From NCBI GenBank assembly GCA_024404875.1, contig JAKSPK010000003.1, forward strand, positions 16,497 through 80,496: a stretch of DNA of 64,000 nt, in the 5' to 3' direction. Positions 27,206-37,523 of the stretch are shown here, piece by piece (within the stretch, counting starts at the first letter, position 1; each line of letters starts with the position of its first letter). The DNA is from Oscillospiraceae bacterium (GTDB lineage: Bacteria; Bacillota; Clostridia; Oscillospirales; Ruminococcaceae). The position numbers and the translations under genes were made by a program. The notes under the pieces were generated by a model, which was not told the DNA's origin, did no database searches, and worked only from the letters and a program-made list of their open reading frames with translations.

Positions 27206-28132
27206 CTAAAACAGCGTAAGCTGATTGTCTATCCAGCTTTCCTGCTTTGCAGAATGAACGGTCTCGCCCGCCTGCACAGAGCCGATAAGCAGTGGCGAAC
27301 AAGGATCATGGAGCTGCATATTGTGACGAACATTCTCCCTGTTATGATTGGCGTAGCAGTAGCGGCAGAGATGCCCGCAGGTATCATATGTTCCGATATC
27401 CGAACCGAGGACGCAGGTACATTCTGTCCGCTGTGATTTTGTTTTCGGAATGCACAGCTTACTGCCGACCGCAGATTCAAAGGTCTCCTTTGTCATGCAG
27501 CCGGAACAATCGACGCCGAAGCGTGCAAGTGCCGTTCCTTCAGCGCAGGCCTTGACGGTGATTCCGTACTGTCTTCCAATCTCCGCAAAGGCGCTTCCAA
27601 GGGCGATCCGTTCCTGCTCTGTGACCGTTCTTGCCTGCGGATAATTGCGCAGAACTTTCTCATACAGGTCTATGAAGCTGATGACGCATACACCGGTATA
27701 GCCGGAGAGTGTCCGGCACATCGCTGAGAAATCTGCAATGTGCCGTTCGATCGTGTATGTACTGTCGATCAGGATCGGATCATACCGCCAACCGATACAG
27801 TCAAGTCCGACCGCCTTTGAAAGCGTGATGAAATGCTGCATGACAGTTTCCTTCGGCGGCACATTCGGTTCAATCTCCGCTCCGTAGGGTGTGATCGTGA
27901 CAAACCAATACTGATGAAAGCGCTTCAGCACATCCATATATTGCAGCATCGGCGCGGGATTCTTGGTGCAGAATACGATGCAGTCCACGACCGCCGGGTC
28001 CAACTCATAGCGAGTGATCCAATCCGGGCGGAAGGGATTGCGAACCATCACAAAGCCTGCCCGTATTCTGTTCATGAACCATTCTGCATAGAAAGCCGGA
28101 ATATCCGTCCGCATACCTGTGTTGAGTATCAT
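27206..28132 (-). CDS. DUF1848-like protein with C-terminal CX3CX2C cysteine cluster (function unknown)
   Basis: The N-terminus MILNTGMRTDIPAFYAEWFMNRIRAGFVMVRNPF matches my memory of the DUF1848 family. The C-terminal CGHLCRYC is a radical-SAM-type spacing. The ATG at 28132 is preferred over the GTG at 28141. Confidence 0.6.
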   Translation of the reverse strand: MILNTGMRTDIPAFYAEWFMNRIRAGFVMVRNPFRPDWITRYELDPAVVDCIVFCTKNPAPMLQYMDVLKRFHQYWFVTITPYGAEIEPNVPPKETVMQHFITLSKAVGLDCIGWRYDPILIDSTYTIERHIADFSAMCRTLSGYTGVCVISFIDLYEKVLRNYPQARTVTEQERIALGSAFAEIGRQYGITVKACAEGTALARFGVDCSGCMTKETFESAVGSKLCIPKTKSQRTECTCVLGSDIGTYDTCGHLCRYCYANHNRENVRHNMQLHDPCSPLLIGSVQAGETVHSAKQESWIDNQLTLF

Positions 28133-28171
28133 TGCTCTCACCGTCCTTGCTTTATTTGCAGATACGATAAC

Positions 28172-28211
28172 GAAAAAAGGCGTACAGATATCCTCCCGGC
28201 ATCTGTACGCC
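28172..28211 (-). terminator. Intrinsic terminator ending the trp transcription unit
   Basis: The minus strand reads GGCGTACAGATgccgggaggatATCTGTACGCC plus TTTTTT. Confidence 0.8.
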
Positions 28212-28228
28212 TGAATCTATTGAATGCT

Positions 28229-28483
28229 TCAGTGATGATCTTCCGTTTCTTTCTTCCGGCGCTTGTTGCTGAGGTGATTCTGGATTCCCTTGACGATCGT
28301 GATCAGAACCGCATAGACCAGTGACTCAAACGCAATTTCGCCGATCTGGAAGGTATCGGTGCGACCGGTCGCCTTCGACCAGAGCAGACGGAATACAAAA
28401 AGAATCACCAACAGAAAACTGAAATGCACCGCAAAATACAGCAGCCAGAAGCGCGGCGCGGATCGGTTTACAGGAATACTCAT
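28229..28483 (-). CDS. Small membrane protein (2 predicted TM, basic/His C-terminal tail), function unknown
   Basis: 84 aa, SD AAAGGAGGA. It is the last cistron before the terminator, and no terminator separates it from trpA. Confidence 0.5.
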   Translation of the reverse strand: MSIPVNRSAPRFWLLYFAVHFSFLLVILFVFRLLWSKATGRTDTFQIGEIAFESLVYAVLITIVKGIQNHLSNKRRKKETEDHH

Positions 28484-28606
28484 GATGTATCCTCCTTTCG
28501 GAACAAACAGATTCGGACATGTACTGGAACAATCTTTTTTGATTTGTATCGTTACTCAAGAGACGTTGTTTGAAATGCCAAATGTCGCCCCGAAATTTTG
28601 TTTGTT

Positions 28607-29377
28607 TTACCGAATGGCATTTTTCATGCTGCGCACATATTCTCCGACGGCCGGCGCAGCATCTCTGCCCTGCTCTCCGATCCGGCGGACGATCGCCGAG
28701 CCGACGATCACGCCATCTGCGGTCGCGGCCATTGCGGCTGCCTGCTCCGGTGTCGAAATGCCGAAGCCAATCGCACATGGGATATCCGTATTCGCACGGA
28801 TCTGCGCGGTCATCGACGCAAGATCGGTGTTAATCTCACTGCGCACACCCGTTACGCCGAGACTCGATACCACATAAAGAAAGCCTTCTGCATCCTTCGC
28901 AATCTCGGCAATGCGGTTTTCGGAGGTCGGCGCGATCAGCGAGATAAAGTCGATCCCGCAGGCACGGCAGGCCGGCGCAAACTCCTCTTTCTCCTCATGC
29001 GGCACATCCGGCAGAATGATGCCGTCGATGCCGGTCTCGGCGCATTTCTGCACAAAGCGCTCAATGCCGTAGGAAAATACCACATTCGCATAGGTCATGA
29101 ATACGAGCGGCACGCGGACATCCTTCCGCAGCTCCTGCACAAAATCGAAAACGCGGTCGGTCGTGACGCCGCCTGAAAGTGCGCGGATATTTGCGCCCTG
29201 GATGACCGGTCCTTCTGCGGTCGGATCGGAAAACGGAATGCCCAGCTCAATAAGATCTGCACCCGCTGCCTCCATTTCGCGGACGATCTTCCCCGTTGTT
29301 TCGAGGTCGGGGTCGCCGCATGTGATAAACGGAATGAATGCCTTTCCATTGCGGAAAGCGTCCCTGATCTTACTCAT
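28607..29377 (-). CDS. trpA: Tryptophan synthase alpha chain
   Basis: [23 protein letters not shown]..., [17 protein letters not shown]. Its ATG overlaps the trpB stop (ATGAGTAA). Confidence 0.92.
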   Translation of the reverse strand: MSKIRDAFRNGKAFIPFITCGDPDLETTGKIVREMEAAGADLIELGIPFSDPTAEGPVIQGANIRALSGGVTTDRVFDFVQELRKDVRVPLVFMTYANVVFSYGIERFVQKCAETGIDGIILPDVPHEEKEEFAPACRACGIDFISLIAPTSENRIAEIAKDAEGFLYVVSSLGVTGVRSEINTDLASMTAQIRANTDIPCAIGFGISTPEQAAAMAATADGVIVGSAIVRRIGEQGRDAAPAVGEYVRSMKNAIR

Positions 29378-30560
29378 GGATATCCTCCCCTCTGTATCGT
29401 GCGATCGCCGCACAGTCCTTGTCGCCGCGGCCTGAGATCGTGATAACGATGATCTGATCCTTGCGCATCTGCGGTGCGATCTTCATCGCATGAGCGACAG
29501 CGTGCGCGGATTCGATCGCCGGAATGATGCCCTCTGTCCGCGAAAGATATTCAAACGCATTGACTGCTTCATCATCGGTGACAGCGACATATTCCGCTCT
29601 GCCGGTATCATGCAGATGTGCGTGCTCCGGGCCGATGCCGGGATAATCGAGTCCCGCCGAGATCGAATAGACCGGCGCGATCTGGCCGTATTCATCCTGA
29701 CAGAAATAAGATTTCATGCCGTGGAAAATGCCGAGCTTTCCGGTATTGATCGTTGCGGCGGTCTCAAAGGTGTCAATGCCTCTGCCAGCAGCCTCACAGC
29801 CGATCAGCCGTACATCCGCATCCGGAATAAAGTGGTAGAAGGTGCCGATCGCATTGGAGCCGCCACCGACGCACGCGATGACCGCATCGGGCAGTCTGCC
29901 TTCTTTTTCGAGAATCTGCGAACGGATTTCCTTCGAGATAACCGCCTGAAAATCGCGGACGATCGTCGGGAACGGATGCGGACCCATGACCGAACCGAGA
30001 CAGTAATGCGTATCCGCAATGCGGCTTGTCCATTCGCGCATTGCCTCGGAAACGGCATCCTTCAGTGTTGCCGTACCAGATGTAACCGGAATCACCTCCG
30101 CGCCAAGCAGCCGCATTCTGTAGACATTGAGTGCCTGTCTTTTGGTATCTTCCTCACCCATGAAAACGACGCATTCCATGCCCATGAGTGCAGCAGCGGT
30201 CGCCGTCGCAACGCCGTGCTGACCGGCTCCGGTCTCTGCGATCAGGCGCGTTTTGCCCATTTTCTTCGCCAGCAATGCCTGACCAAGCACATTGTTGATC
30301 TTGTGCGCACCAGTGTGATTGAGATCCTCGCGCTTGAGATAAATCTTTGCACCGCCGAGATCTGCGGTCATTTTGGCCGCGTAATAGAGCAGCGACGGAC
30401 GGTTTGCATATTCATTGAACAGCGTCTCCAGCTCCGCATTGAAGGCAGGATCGTTTTTATAGAAATCATACGCCTGTTCCAGCTCAATCACGGCATTCAT
30501 CAGTGTTTCGGGGATATACTGCCCGCCGTGAATGCCGAAGCGTCCTTTCGGATTTGTCAT
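29370..30560 (-). CDS. trpB: Tryptophan synthase beta chain
   Basis: [20 protein letters not shown]..., HTGAHKINN (PLP lysine). The start at 30560 follows SD AGGAGG; the track extension to 30632 is rejected. Confidence 0.93.
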   Translation of the reverse strand: MTNPKGRFGIHGGQYIPETLMNAVIELEQAYDFYKNDPAFNAELETLFNEYANRPSLLYYAAKMTADLGGAKIYLKREDLNHTGAHKINNVLGQALLAKKMGKTRLIAETGAGQHGVATATAAALMGMECVVFMGEEDTKRQALNVYRMRLLGAEVIPVTSGTATLKDAVSEAMREWTSRIADTHYCLGSVMGPHPFPTIVRDFQAVISKEIRSQILEKEGRLPDAVIACVGGGSNAIGTFYHFIPDADVRLIGCEAAGRGIDTFETAATINTGKLGIFHGMKSYFCQDEYGQIAPVYSISAGLDYPGIGPEHAHLHDTGRAEYVAVTDDEAVNAFEYLSRTEGIIPAIESAHAVAHAMKIAPQMRKDQIIVITISGRGDKDCAAIARYRGEDIHE

Positions 30561-30905
30561 ATCGTACCTCCTGTAAACTGTTTTCCGTGCAGCCGGACAA
30601 TGATGCACAGCAGCACTGTGAGAATCATGCACGCTGCAGTACCAAAGTCAAAAGTAGTATTATTCAGCAGCATATGGATGAAGACCGCAATAGGAATCAG
30701 CCCTTTGCAGTTTTCGTAATGCACCGCCCGCGCGCTCAGCACGGAAAGTGCCATGTGAAATACGAGATTCGCGGCGCTGCCGTGCCTGATCCCGTAACAG
30801 AGCGCCGATCAGCCAAACCGTCAACCGTTCGCCGGTGAATGTCTTCGCGCCCTGCACAAAGACACTACGCAGGAAAAAGTCCACGAACTGAAGCGTTGAA
30901 AATAT
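30557..30905 (-). pseudogene. Relic of a CPBP (CAAX-type) intramembrane protease gene, N-terminally truncated and frameshifted
   Basis: Two adjacent frames read ...FVDFFLRSVFVQGAKTFTGERLTVWLIGALL then YGIRHGSAANLVFHMALSVL...GLIPIAVFIHMLLNN (FxxxH and HxxxN motifs). No start codon is present. The stop overlaps the trpB ATG (ATATGA). Confidence 0.4.
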
Positions 30906-30907
30906 TG

Positions 30908-31519
30908 TCAGCCTGTCCTTTCACATTGTCTGACTGCTGTTGTAAATGCACGCATCTTCGAGATATCTTTCTGCCCGTCCGTTTCAATGCCGGAGCTTGT
31001 GTCCACGCCGTAGGGATGATACTGCGCGATCACTGCTGCTGCATTTTCCGGTGTCAGTCCGCCTGCGAGAAAGTATGGCCTTGTGCATCCCGCGAGCAGC
31101 GTATGATCGAAGGTGCTTCCCGTTCCGGTTCCGGCATCCAGAAGCACCATATCTGCATCGGAGCACATCGCCGTCTGCACATCCGCCTCTGTCCGGATCG
31201 TATACGCTTTCATGATCGGCAGCTTACAGACCATGCGCAGCTCCCGGATGAAGGCAGCATCCTCGTCACCGTGAAGCTGCACAAGCTGAATGATTCCGCG
31301 CTCGGCAAAATCCGCAATCTCCGTGATCTGCGCATTTACAAATACACCGACCGCCGGAATGCGATCTGAGAGCGCTTTGCGAATCGCCATTGCGGTCTCC
31401 CGCGTAACGGAGCGCCGGAATCCAGCCGAGAGGATGATGCCCGCGAAATCGGGACAAACCGTATTGCAGGCAGCGGCATCCTCCGGCCGCATCATACCGC
31501 AGAGCTTGATTTTGGTCAT
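30908..31519 (-). CDS. trpF: Phosphoribosylanthranilate isomerase
   Basis: 203 aa, MTKIKLCGM..., LHGDED. It has an ATGA overlap with trpC. Confidence 0.9.
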   Translation of the reverse strand: MTKIKLCGMMRPEDAAACNTVCPDFAGIILSAGFRRSVTRETAMAIRKALSDRIPAVGVFVNAQITEIADFAERGIIQLVQLHGDEDAAFIRELRMVCKLPIMKAYTIRTEADVQTAMCSDADMVLLDAGTGTGSTFDHTLLAGCTRPYFLAGGLTPENAAAVIAQYHPYGVDTSSGIETDGQKDISKMRAFTTAVRQCERTG

Positions 31520-32313
31520 CGTTTTTCACCTTTCAGATACCGCAGCATCGTGGCTTTGTCATCGGCGCGCATCAGCGTTTCACCGATCAGCACGGCATCT
31601 GCGCCGGCATCCCGCGCTGACTGAATATCCGCCGGAGTACGCATTCCGCTCTCGACAACAAACAACGCATCTGCAGGCGCATATTTCCGCAGACTTCCCG
31701 CACGCTGAGGATCAACGGAAAAATCGCGCAGATTGCGGTTATTGACGCCGATGATCCGCGCACCCGCTTCTGCAGCGGCTTCGATCTCTCTCTCGTCATG
31801 GGCTTCGACCAATGCCGAAAGTCCGACCGACTCCGCAATACTATGATACTCCTTCAGCGCCGATTTGTCAAGGATCGCGCAAATCAGCAGCACAGCCGAT
31901 GCGCCGAGCAGCTTCGCTTCATAGATCATATAGGGATCGACCGTAAAATCCTTCCGCAGACAGGGAATTGAAACGGCTGCGGCGATCTCCGCAAGATACC
32001 GGTCGCTGCCGAGAAAGCGTTCCGGCTCTGTCAGGACAGAAATGCAGTTCGCTCCGGCACTTTCATATTCCTGCGCGATTTTAAGATACGGGAAATCCGG
32101 TGCGATCAGCCCTTTCGAAGGCGATGCTTTTTTGCATTCGCAGATAAATGCGATATCATCGGTATGCAGCGCATTCTCAAATCGGAAGCTGCCCTTCGGC
32201 ATGGCCTCCGCATCGCGCCGGACGGATTCCGCAGAGCGAAGACGCTTGGCGCGTTCAGTGCGGGACGCTGCGGATTCCGCCAGTACTTGTAAAATATCCT
32301 GCATCGCGCTCAC
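31516..32313 (-). CDS. trpC: Indole-3-glycerol phosphate synthase
   Basis: 265 aa, [12 protein letters not shown]..., NNRNLRDF. The GTG at 32313 overlaps the trpGD stop; an ATG at 32304 is an alternative start. Confidence 0.9.
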   Translation of the reverse strand: MSAMQDILQVLAESAASRTERAKRLRSAESVRRDAEAMPKGSFRFENALHTDDIAFICECKKASPSKGLIAPDFPYLKIAQEYESAGANCISVLTEPERFLGSDRYLAEIAAAVSIPCLRKDFTVDPYMIYEAKLLGASAVLLICAILDKSALKEYHSIAESVGLSALVEAHDEREIEAAAEAGARIIGVNNRNLRDFSVDPQRAGSLRKYAPADALFVVESGMRTPADIQSARDAGADAVLIGETLMRADDKATMLRYLKGEKR

Positions 32314-33989
32314 CGGTTCGATGCAGCGGCAAAGGCTTCGAGCTTTTCGAGTGCCGCGCCGCTGTCGATCAGCTCCGCCGCAAGCTTGATGCCCTCTGCC
32401 ATGGACGGCGCTTTATCTGCAATGTAAAGTGCAGCACCCGCATTCATGAGAACGGCTGTGCGTTTGCCGCCCTGCTCCTTGCCGGACAGCACCGCGCGGG
32501 TAATCGCCGCATTCTGCTCCGGAGAACCGCCGAGCAGCTCTGCGCGGTCGCAGCGCACCAGACCGAAATCTTCCGGCGAGACGGTGTAGGTCTTGGACTG
32601 CTCCACATCAAATTCGCAGACAAGCGTATCCGCACAGGCGGAGATTTCATCGAGCCGGTCGAGACCGTAGACGACCATGCCGCGCTTGACACCGAGACGC
32701 ATCAGCACCTCCGCGATCGGATTGACCAGCGATGCATCATAAACACCAATAAGCGTCCGTTTTGCATTTGCAGGATTCGTCAGCGGGCCAAGGATATTGA
32801 AGACGGTGCGCACGCCAAGCTCTTTGCGGATCGCGCCGACAAAGCGCATCGAGGTGTGATAAAGCTGCGCAAAAAGGAAACACATTCCAACCTCATTAAG
32901 CATTGCGGCTGCTTTCTCCGGCGGCTGCTGGATATTTACACCGAGCGCTTCGAGACAGTCCGCTGTTCCGCACTTCGAGGATGCAGCGCGGTTGCCGTGC
33001 TTTGCGAGGGCTGCGCCTCCCGCTGCAGCGACAAGTGCAGATGTTGTGGAGATGTTGAAGCTGTTGGCATTATCACCGCCTGTACCGACGATCTCCAGCA
33101 CATCAAGATCATGCTCGACATGAAGCGCGTGCTCACGCATTGCCGTCGCACAGCCGGTAATCTCGTCAATCGTCTCGGCCTTTGTGCTTTTGGTTGAGAG
33201 CGCCGCGAGAAATGCAGCATTCTGCGTCGGTGTCGTTTCGCCATTCATGATCTCGTTCATAACGGCATAGGCTTCTGCATAGGTCAGGTCATTTTTACCC
33301 ACGATCTTTTTGATTGCTTCAGCGATCATTTTCGGTTCCTCCTCAGAGCGGGGCGTGCCCGCATCTTTTTTTTCAATGTTATTCGGTTCTTTTGTCACAG
33401 GCCGGGCTGTCAGATCCTCAGAATCAGAATGGATAAAATTGCGGAGCATCTGCATCCCGTCCGGCGTCAGGATGGATTCCGGATGAAATTGCAAACCGTA
33501 AACCGGATATTCCCGATGCTGAACGGCCATGATCTCGCCGTCCTCCGTTCGGGCGGTAATGCGCAGGCAATCCGGCATCGTATCAGGATCGGCAGCGAGG
33601 GAATGATACCGCGCAGCCGGAACAGTCTCCGTCAGGCCGCGGAACAGCGCACAGTCCGGCATAAGAATGATCTCAGACTGCTTGCCGTGCATAAGCTGCT
33701 TTGCATGAATGATCTTCGCGCCATATGCGGCACAGATCGCCTGATGACCAAGACAGACACCAAGGATCGGAATGCGGCCGCCGAGCTTTTGTACGACTTC
33801 AATGATGATGCCGGCATCCTCCGGTCTTCCGGGACCGGGCGAAAGGATAATATGAGAGGGGGCAAGTGCCTCGACCTCTGCAACAGTCATTGCGTCGTTC
33901 CGGATCACGCGGATATCCTCGGTCAGCGTACCGAGATACTGATAGAGATTATAGGAAAAGCTGTCGTAATTATCAATCAGCAGGATCAT
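32310..33989 (-). CDS. trpGD: Bifunctional anthranilate synthase component II (glutamine amidotransferase) / anthranilate phosphoribosyltransferase
   Basis: 559 aa. The N-terminal half is [18 protein letters not shown]...GVCLGHQ (TrpG). The C-terminal half has GTGGD and [11 protein letters not shown] (TrpD). Confidence 0.9.
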   Translation of the reverse strand: MILLIDNYDSFSYNLYQYLGTLTEDIRVIRNDAMTVAEVEALAPSHIILSPGPGRPEDAGIIIEVVQKLGGRIPILGVCLGHQAICAAYGAKIIHAKQLMHGKQSEIILMPDCALFRGLTETVPAARYHSLAADPDTMPDCLRITARTEDGEIMAVQHREYPVYGLQFHPESILTPDGMQMLRNFIHSDSEDLTARPVTKEPNNIEKKDAGTPRSEEEPKMIAEAIKKIVGKNDLTYAEAYAVMNEIMNGETTPTQNAAFLAALSTKSTKAETIDEITGCATAMREHALHVEHDLDVLEIVGTGGDNANSFNISTTSALVAAAGGAALAKHGNRAASSKCGTADCLEALGVNIQQPPEKAAAMLNEVGMCFLFAQLYHTSMRFVGAIRKELGVRTVFNILGPLTNPANAKRTLIGVYDASLVNPIAEVLMRLGVKRGMVVYGLDRLDEISACADTLVCEFDVEQSKTYTVSPEDFGLVRCDRAELLGGSPEQNAAITRAVLSGKEQGGKRTAVLMNAGAALYIADKAPSMAEGIKLAAELIDSGAALEKLEAFAAASNR

Positions 33990-35448
33990 TGAGCGCCTCC
34001 TGTTCCTTCAGCGCACGGACGACCGCCGCTGCTTTGTTCATGCATTCCTGATATTCCTTTTCCGGCACGGAATCCGCGACGATTCCCGCACCGCTGCAAA
34101 CATAGACCGTATCGCCCTTGCGGTAAGCGAGTCGGATCGCGATACAGGCATCCAGATCGCCCTGAAAAGAGAGATAGCCGACCGCGCCGCCATAGATGCC
34201 GCGCTTTGCGCCCTCAAGCTGACCGATCAGCTGGCAGGCACGGATCTTCGGCGCACCGGAAAGCGTTCCGGCAGGCAGCACTGCAGCAACCGCATCCAGT
34301 GCATCGAATTCCGGCCGGATCTCACCGCGCACCGTCGAGCCAATGTGCATGACATGAGAATACCGCTCAATCGAATGAAGCTTTTCGACCGAGACTGAAC
34401 CGAAGCGGCTGATCTTTCCGAGATCGTTTCTGCCGAGATCGACGAGCATATTATGTTCGGCAAGCTCCTTTTCATCCGCGAGCAGATCGGCTTCGAGCGC
34501 CTTGTCCTCGGCAGCGGTCTTGCCGCGCGGTCTGGTTCCGGCGAGCGGAAAAGTATGCAGAACACCGTCCTCCAGCCGGACGAGTGTTTCCGGTGAAGCA
34601 CCTGCGGTTTCGATATCCGTGCCGGAGAAATAGAACATATACGGCGATGGATTCAGTGTCCGCAGCATCCGGTAGGTGTTAAGCAGCGAACCCTCAAACG
34701 GTGCCGAAAAACGGTTTGCGAGGACAATCTGAAAAATGTCGCCCTCATGAATATAATGCTTTGCCTTCTCGACCATTTCGCAGTATTCCGCCGGCTGAAA
34801 GAGCGGCGTCAACTCACCTGTCATGCGGCTGACCGGTTCGCTGGCGGGCTTGCCGCTGCGGATTAGATCTGCCATCTGCTGAAGCGCAAGCGATGCGCGG
34901 TGGTATTCCGTTTCCGGCTGGCTGAGCTGCATATTGGCGATCAGGATGATCTTCTGACGGAAGTGATCAAAGGCGATCACCTTGTCGAAGAGCATGAGAT
35001 CGAGATCCTGAAAATGCGCATCGTCAGCAGCAGCCGTACGGATGCTTGGCTCCTGATAGCCGAGATAATCAAATGCGAAATAGCCGACAAATCCGCCGGA
35101 AAAGGGCGGAAGCTGCGGGAGCTTCGGACTGCGGTATTTGCGCAGCAGTGAACGCAGAACCGCTGCGGGATCATCAGTCTCCGTTTCGGCATCACCGATC
35201 CGGAGTTTTCCGTCCCGGCAGGAAACATCGAGCTTCGGATCATAGCCGAGGAAGGTATAGCGCCCGTGCGATTCGGGGCCAGAGACCGATTCGAGCAGAT
35301 AGCAGTGTGCGGAAACGCGGCGGAGCTTCCGCAGAACGCCGAGCGGGGTGATGTCATCGCAGAGCAGTTCACAGCTCAGCGGCAACAGGTCATAGCTTCC
35401 CTCTGCGGCAAAGCGCCGCACCTCGTCAAGAGTGAATGATACTTGCAT
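33973..35448 (-). CDS. trpE: Anthranilate synthase component I
   Basis: 491 aa with the chorismate-binding signature ...[26 protein letters not shown]. Confidence 0.92.
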   Translation of the reverse strand: MQVSFTLDEVRRFAAEGSYDLLPLSCELLCDDITPLGVLRKLRRVSAHCYLLESVSGPESHGRYTFLGYDPKLDVSCRDGKLRIGDAETETDDPAAVLRSLLRKYRSPKLPQLPPFSGGFVGYFAFDYLGYQEPSIRTAAADDAHFQDLDLMLFDKVIAFDHFRQKIILIANMQLSQPETEYHRASLALQQMADLIRSGKPASEPVSRMTGELTPLFQPAEYCEMVEKAKHYIHEGDIFQIVLANRFSAPFEGSLLNTYRMLRTLNPSPYMFYFSGTDIETAGASPETLVRLEDGVLHTFPLAGTRPRGKTAAEDKALEADLLADEKELAEHNMLVDLGRNDLGKISRFGSVSVEKLHSIERYSHVMHIGSTVRGEIRPEFDALDAVAAVLPAGTLSGAPKIRACQLIGQLEGAKRGIYGGAVGYLSFQGDLDACIAIRLAYRKGDTVYVCSGAGIVADSVPEKEYQECMNKAAAVVRALKEQEALNDPAD

Positions 35449-35765
35449 ATTTACCTCCGTTCCGGTTCAGAGGGCAACAAAAAACGCCCGTCCTGAACCT
35501 GATTACAGTTCAAGGACGAGCGTATATACACTCGCGGTGCCACCTTGATTCGCAGATACAAGATCTGCGCACTTTTGAGCAGGATACCAGCATATCCCCG
35601 ACAGGTTACGGCTGTCCGGCCGTCGCAGTTTTACCGGCCGAGCCGACTGCGCCCTCAGCGGGCCATTTGCGAGGCTGTGTTCCCGTCCGGCTCTCAGCTG
35701 CCCGGACTCTCTGTAGGGTCATACAACGCGTTATCTCCGCTTCAACGGTTTGTGATGCTGTTATC
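35449..35765 (-). promoter_or_regulatory. T-box riboswitch leader (tRNA-Trp) with terminator/antiterminator
   Basis: The T-box sequence AATCAAGGTGGCACCGCG is at 35533-35550. The terminator CGCTCGTCCTTGAAC/GTTCAGGACGGGCG plus T6 spans 35477-35522. In Stem I I read AGAGAG (the AG bulge) and GCTGAGAG (the distal loop). The candidate specifier UGG is at 35662-35664. Confidence 0.85.
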
Positions 35766-35794
35766 ACTATACAACATTTTGCGTCGTTTGTCAA
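35766..35794 (-). promoter_or_regulatory. Sigma-A-type promoter TTGACA-17-TATAGT for the trp operon
   Basis: The minus strand reads TTGACAaacgacgcaaaatgttgTATAGT. Confidence 0.6.
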
Positions 35795-35921
35795 TACTGT
35801 TTTATAATTATTTTTCATTTAACATAAAACGCATATTCCGGTACCGGTTCTAATCCCTGCAGCAGCGGCATAGAATATAACAAAACCAGAGCGGCACTGC
35901 CGCAGAAACCGGAGGAATGAT

Positions 35922-37472
35922 ATGATACCGATCAACAACTGGAGCCTTCAGCGCACAACTGTGCTGACACCGCTGCATTTGCCGGAGCTGACACAGGAAC
36001 AGAGTGTAGAGCTCGATTATGTGCTGCCGGATTACTATCCGGATTTTTTTCGTCTGCTGCACTGCACGGCCGAAGCTGCCGTGACGGAGCACAACATCAC
36101 AGACGGCGCTGTACAGTATGCGCTGCGTGTGACGCTCCATGTACTGTACTGCGGCGAACAGACCGCGACTGTGCAGTCCGTAACACAGACACTCGATTAC
36201 CGCGGAGCGATTCCGCTGCCGCAGGAGGCCGCCGATGCTGATCGTTTGCAGATCAGGCTCACCGGCGAGCCATCCTATCTCAACTGCAGGGCAGTCAGTC
36301 CGCGGCGCATTGATCTGCGCGGTGCCGTCCGGATCCGCGGGATTCTTTGCGGCGAAAGGCGGCGTGAGGTGCTGCAAAGCGCCGAAGGACTCCATACACA
36401 GATGCGCAGTACGCCGGTACGGTATGTCTCAGAACTGATGCGCACGGAGAAAGCGTTCCTGCTCACCGATGATATCCGGCTCCCGGATGCACAGCCGGCG
36501 CTGCTCTCCGTTCTGCGGATGCAGACTGCACTGAATGTTACGGAAACGCGGGTTGTTGCAGGAAAGCTCGTCATCAAGGGTGAAGCAAATGTCTCCCTGT
36601 TGTATACAGCATCAGACGGCATTGAGCATCTGGATGCAATCCTGCCGTTCAGCCAGATCGCAGAGCTGGATGCGCTTTCCGATGAGATGCCTGCAATCGT
36701 GACGGCTGTGCTCACGGAGCAGACACTCACGCCTGAGGCTGAGCGCGACGGCGATATCCGACTGCTGCATTGTGACCTCGGCATCGTCCTGCAGTGCGCG
36801 GTCATCCGGACATCGTCCGCCGATCTGCTGACCGATATCTATTCAACCATGCATCCATCCGAGCCGATCCGTGCAGAGATCCCGCTGCTGACAGCGCCGA
36901 TGCAGTTTTCCGAGCATAATCAGCAAAAGATCATCCTGACCAAACCGGATGCTGTTATCACAAGGGTCTATGCGGCATGGGCGGAGCCGCGACAGATCCA
37001 GTCCACCGTAAATGCATCCGGCGGAACGATCATCAGCGGCGAGCTGCAATGCTGTGTACTGGCGGCCGATGCAGAAGATCATCCGATGATGCTGGAGGAA
37101 TGCAGACCGTTCACATGGGAACTGCCGCAGCTTTCTTCGGCACAGACGCTGCCCCCGCTGCGCGTCCAGAGCTGCTCCTATATGCTTTCAGGCTCGGATT
37201 CGGTCACGCTGCAGCCGGAGCTTCTGCTCAGCGGAACAGTAATGCAGGCACAGCAGATATCCCTGCTGACGGATATTCTCATTGATCCGGAGGCGGCGCT
37301 GCCGCAGCGGACGCAGTATGCACTGCGGCTCTACTTTGCACATCCGAATGAATCGGTCTGGGAGATCGCCAAGCGCTATCACACCGCTGAATCCGCAATC
37401 CGTGAGGAAAACCAGCTCACGGCCGATACCCTGACCGAGCCGCAGATGCTGCTTATCCCCGCAGTCACATAA
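35922..37472 (+). CDS. SipL/SpoVID-like spore morphogenetic protein (DUF3794/SPOCS-type repeats plus C-terminal LysM)
   Basis: 516 aa. LDYVLPDYYPDFFRLLHC is typical of DUF3794. The C-terminus YALRLYFAHPNESVWEIAKRYHTAESAIREENQL is a LysM domain. It lies directly upstream of spoIVA. Confidence 0.65.
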   Translation: MIPINNWSLQRTTVLTPLHLPELTQEQSVELDYVLPDYYPDFFRLLHCTAEAAVTEHNITDGAVQYALRVTLHVLYCGEQTATVQSVTQTLDYRGAIPLPQEAADADRLQIRLTGEPSYLNCRAVSPRRIDLRGAVRIRGILCGERRREVLQSAEGLHTQMRSTPVRYVSELMRTEKAFLLTDDIRLPDAQPALLSVLRMQTALNVTETRVVAGKLVIKGEANVSLLYTASDGIEHLDAILPFSQIAELDALSDEMPAIVTAVLTEQTLTPEAERDGDIRLLHCDLGIVLQCAVIRTSSADLLTDIYSTMHPSEPIRAEIPLLTAPMQFSEHNQQKIILTKPDAVITRVYAAWAEPRQIQSTVNASGGTIISGELQCCVLAADAEDHPMMLEECRPFTWELPQLSSAQTLPPLRVQSCSYMLSGSDSVTLQPELLLSGTVMQAQQISLLTDILIDPEAALPQRTQYALRLYFAHPNESVWEIAKRYHTAESAIREENQLTADTLTEPQMLLIPAVT

Positions 37473-37523
37473 TATGAAAATATCCTATCACGGAAACGGT
37501 CAACCGATTTTGGAGGAGCATAT

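Noticed and set aside
29490-30719. 409-aa plus-strand ORF
   Set aside because: It is antisense to trpB and is a shadow ORF.
35670-35676. GAA-CAC-A read as a His specifier in the T-box leader
   Set aside because: The motif has the canonical GAA-NNN-A shape. However, the antiterminator bulge UGGC demands a G73 discriminator, whereas bacterial tRNA-His has C73, and the operon is trp. In my fold this segment is base-paired in the upper part of Stem I.
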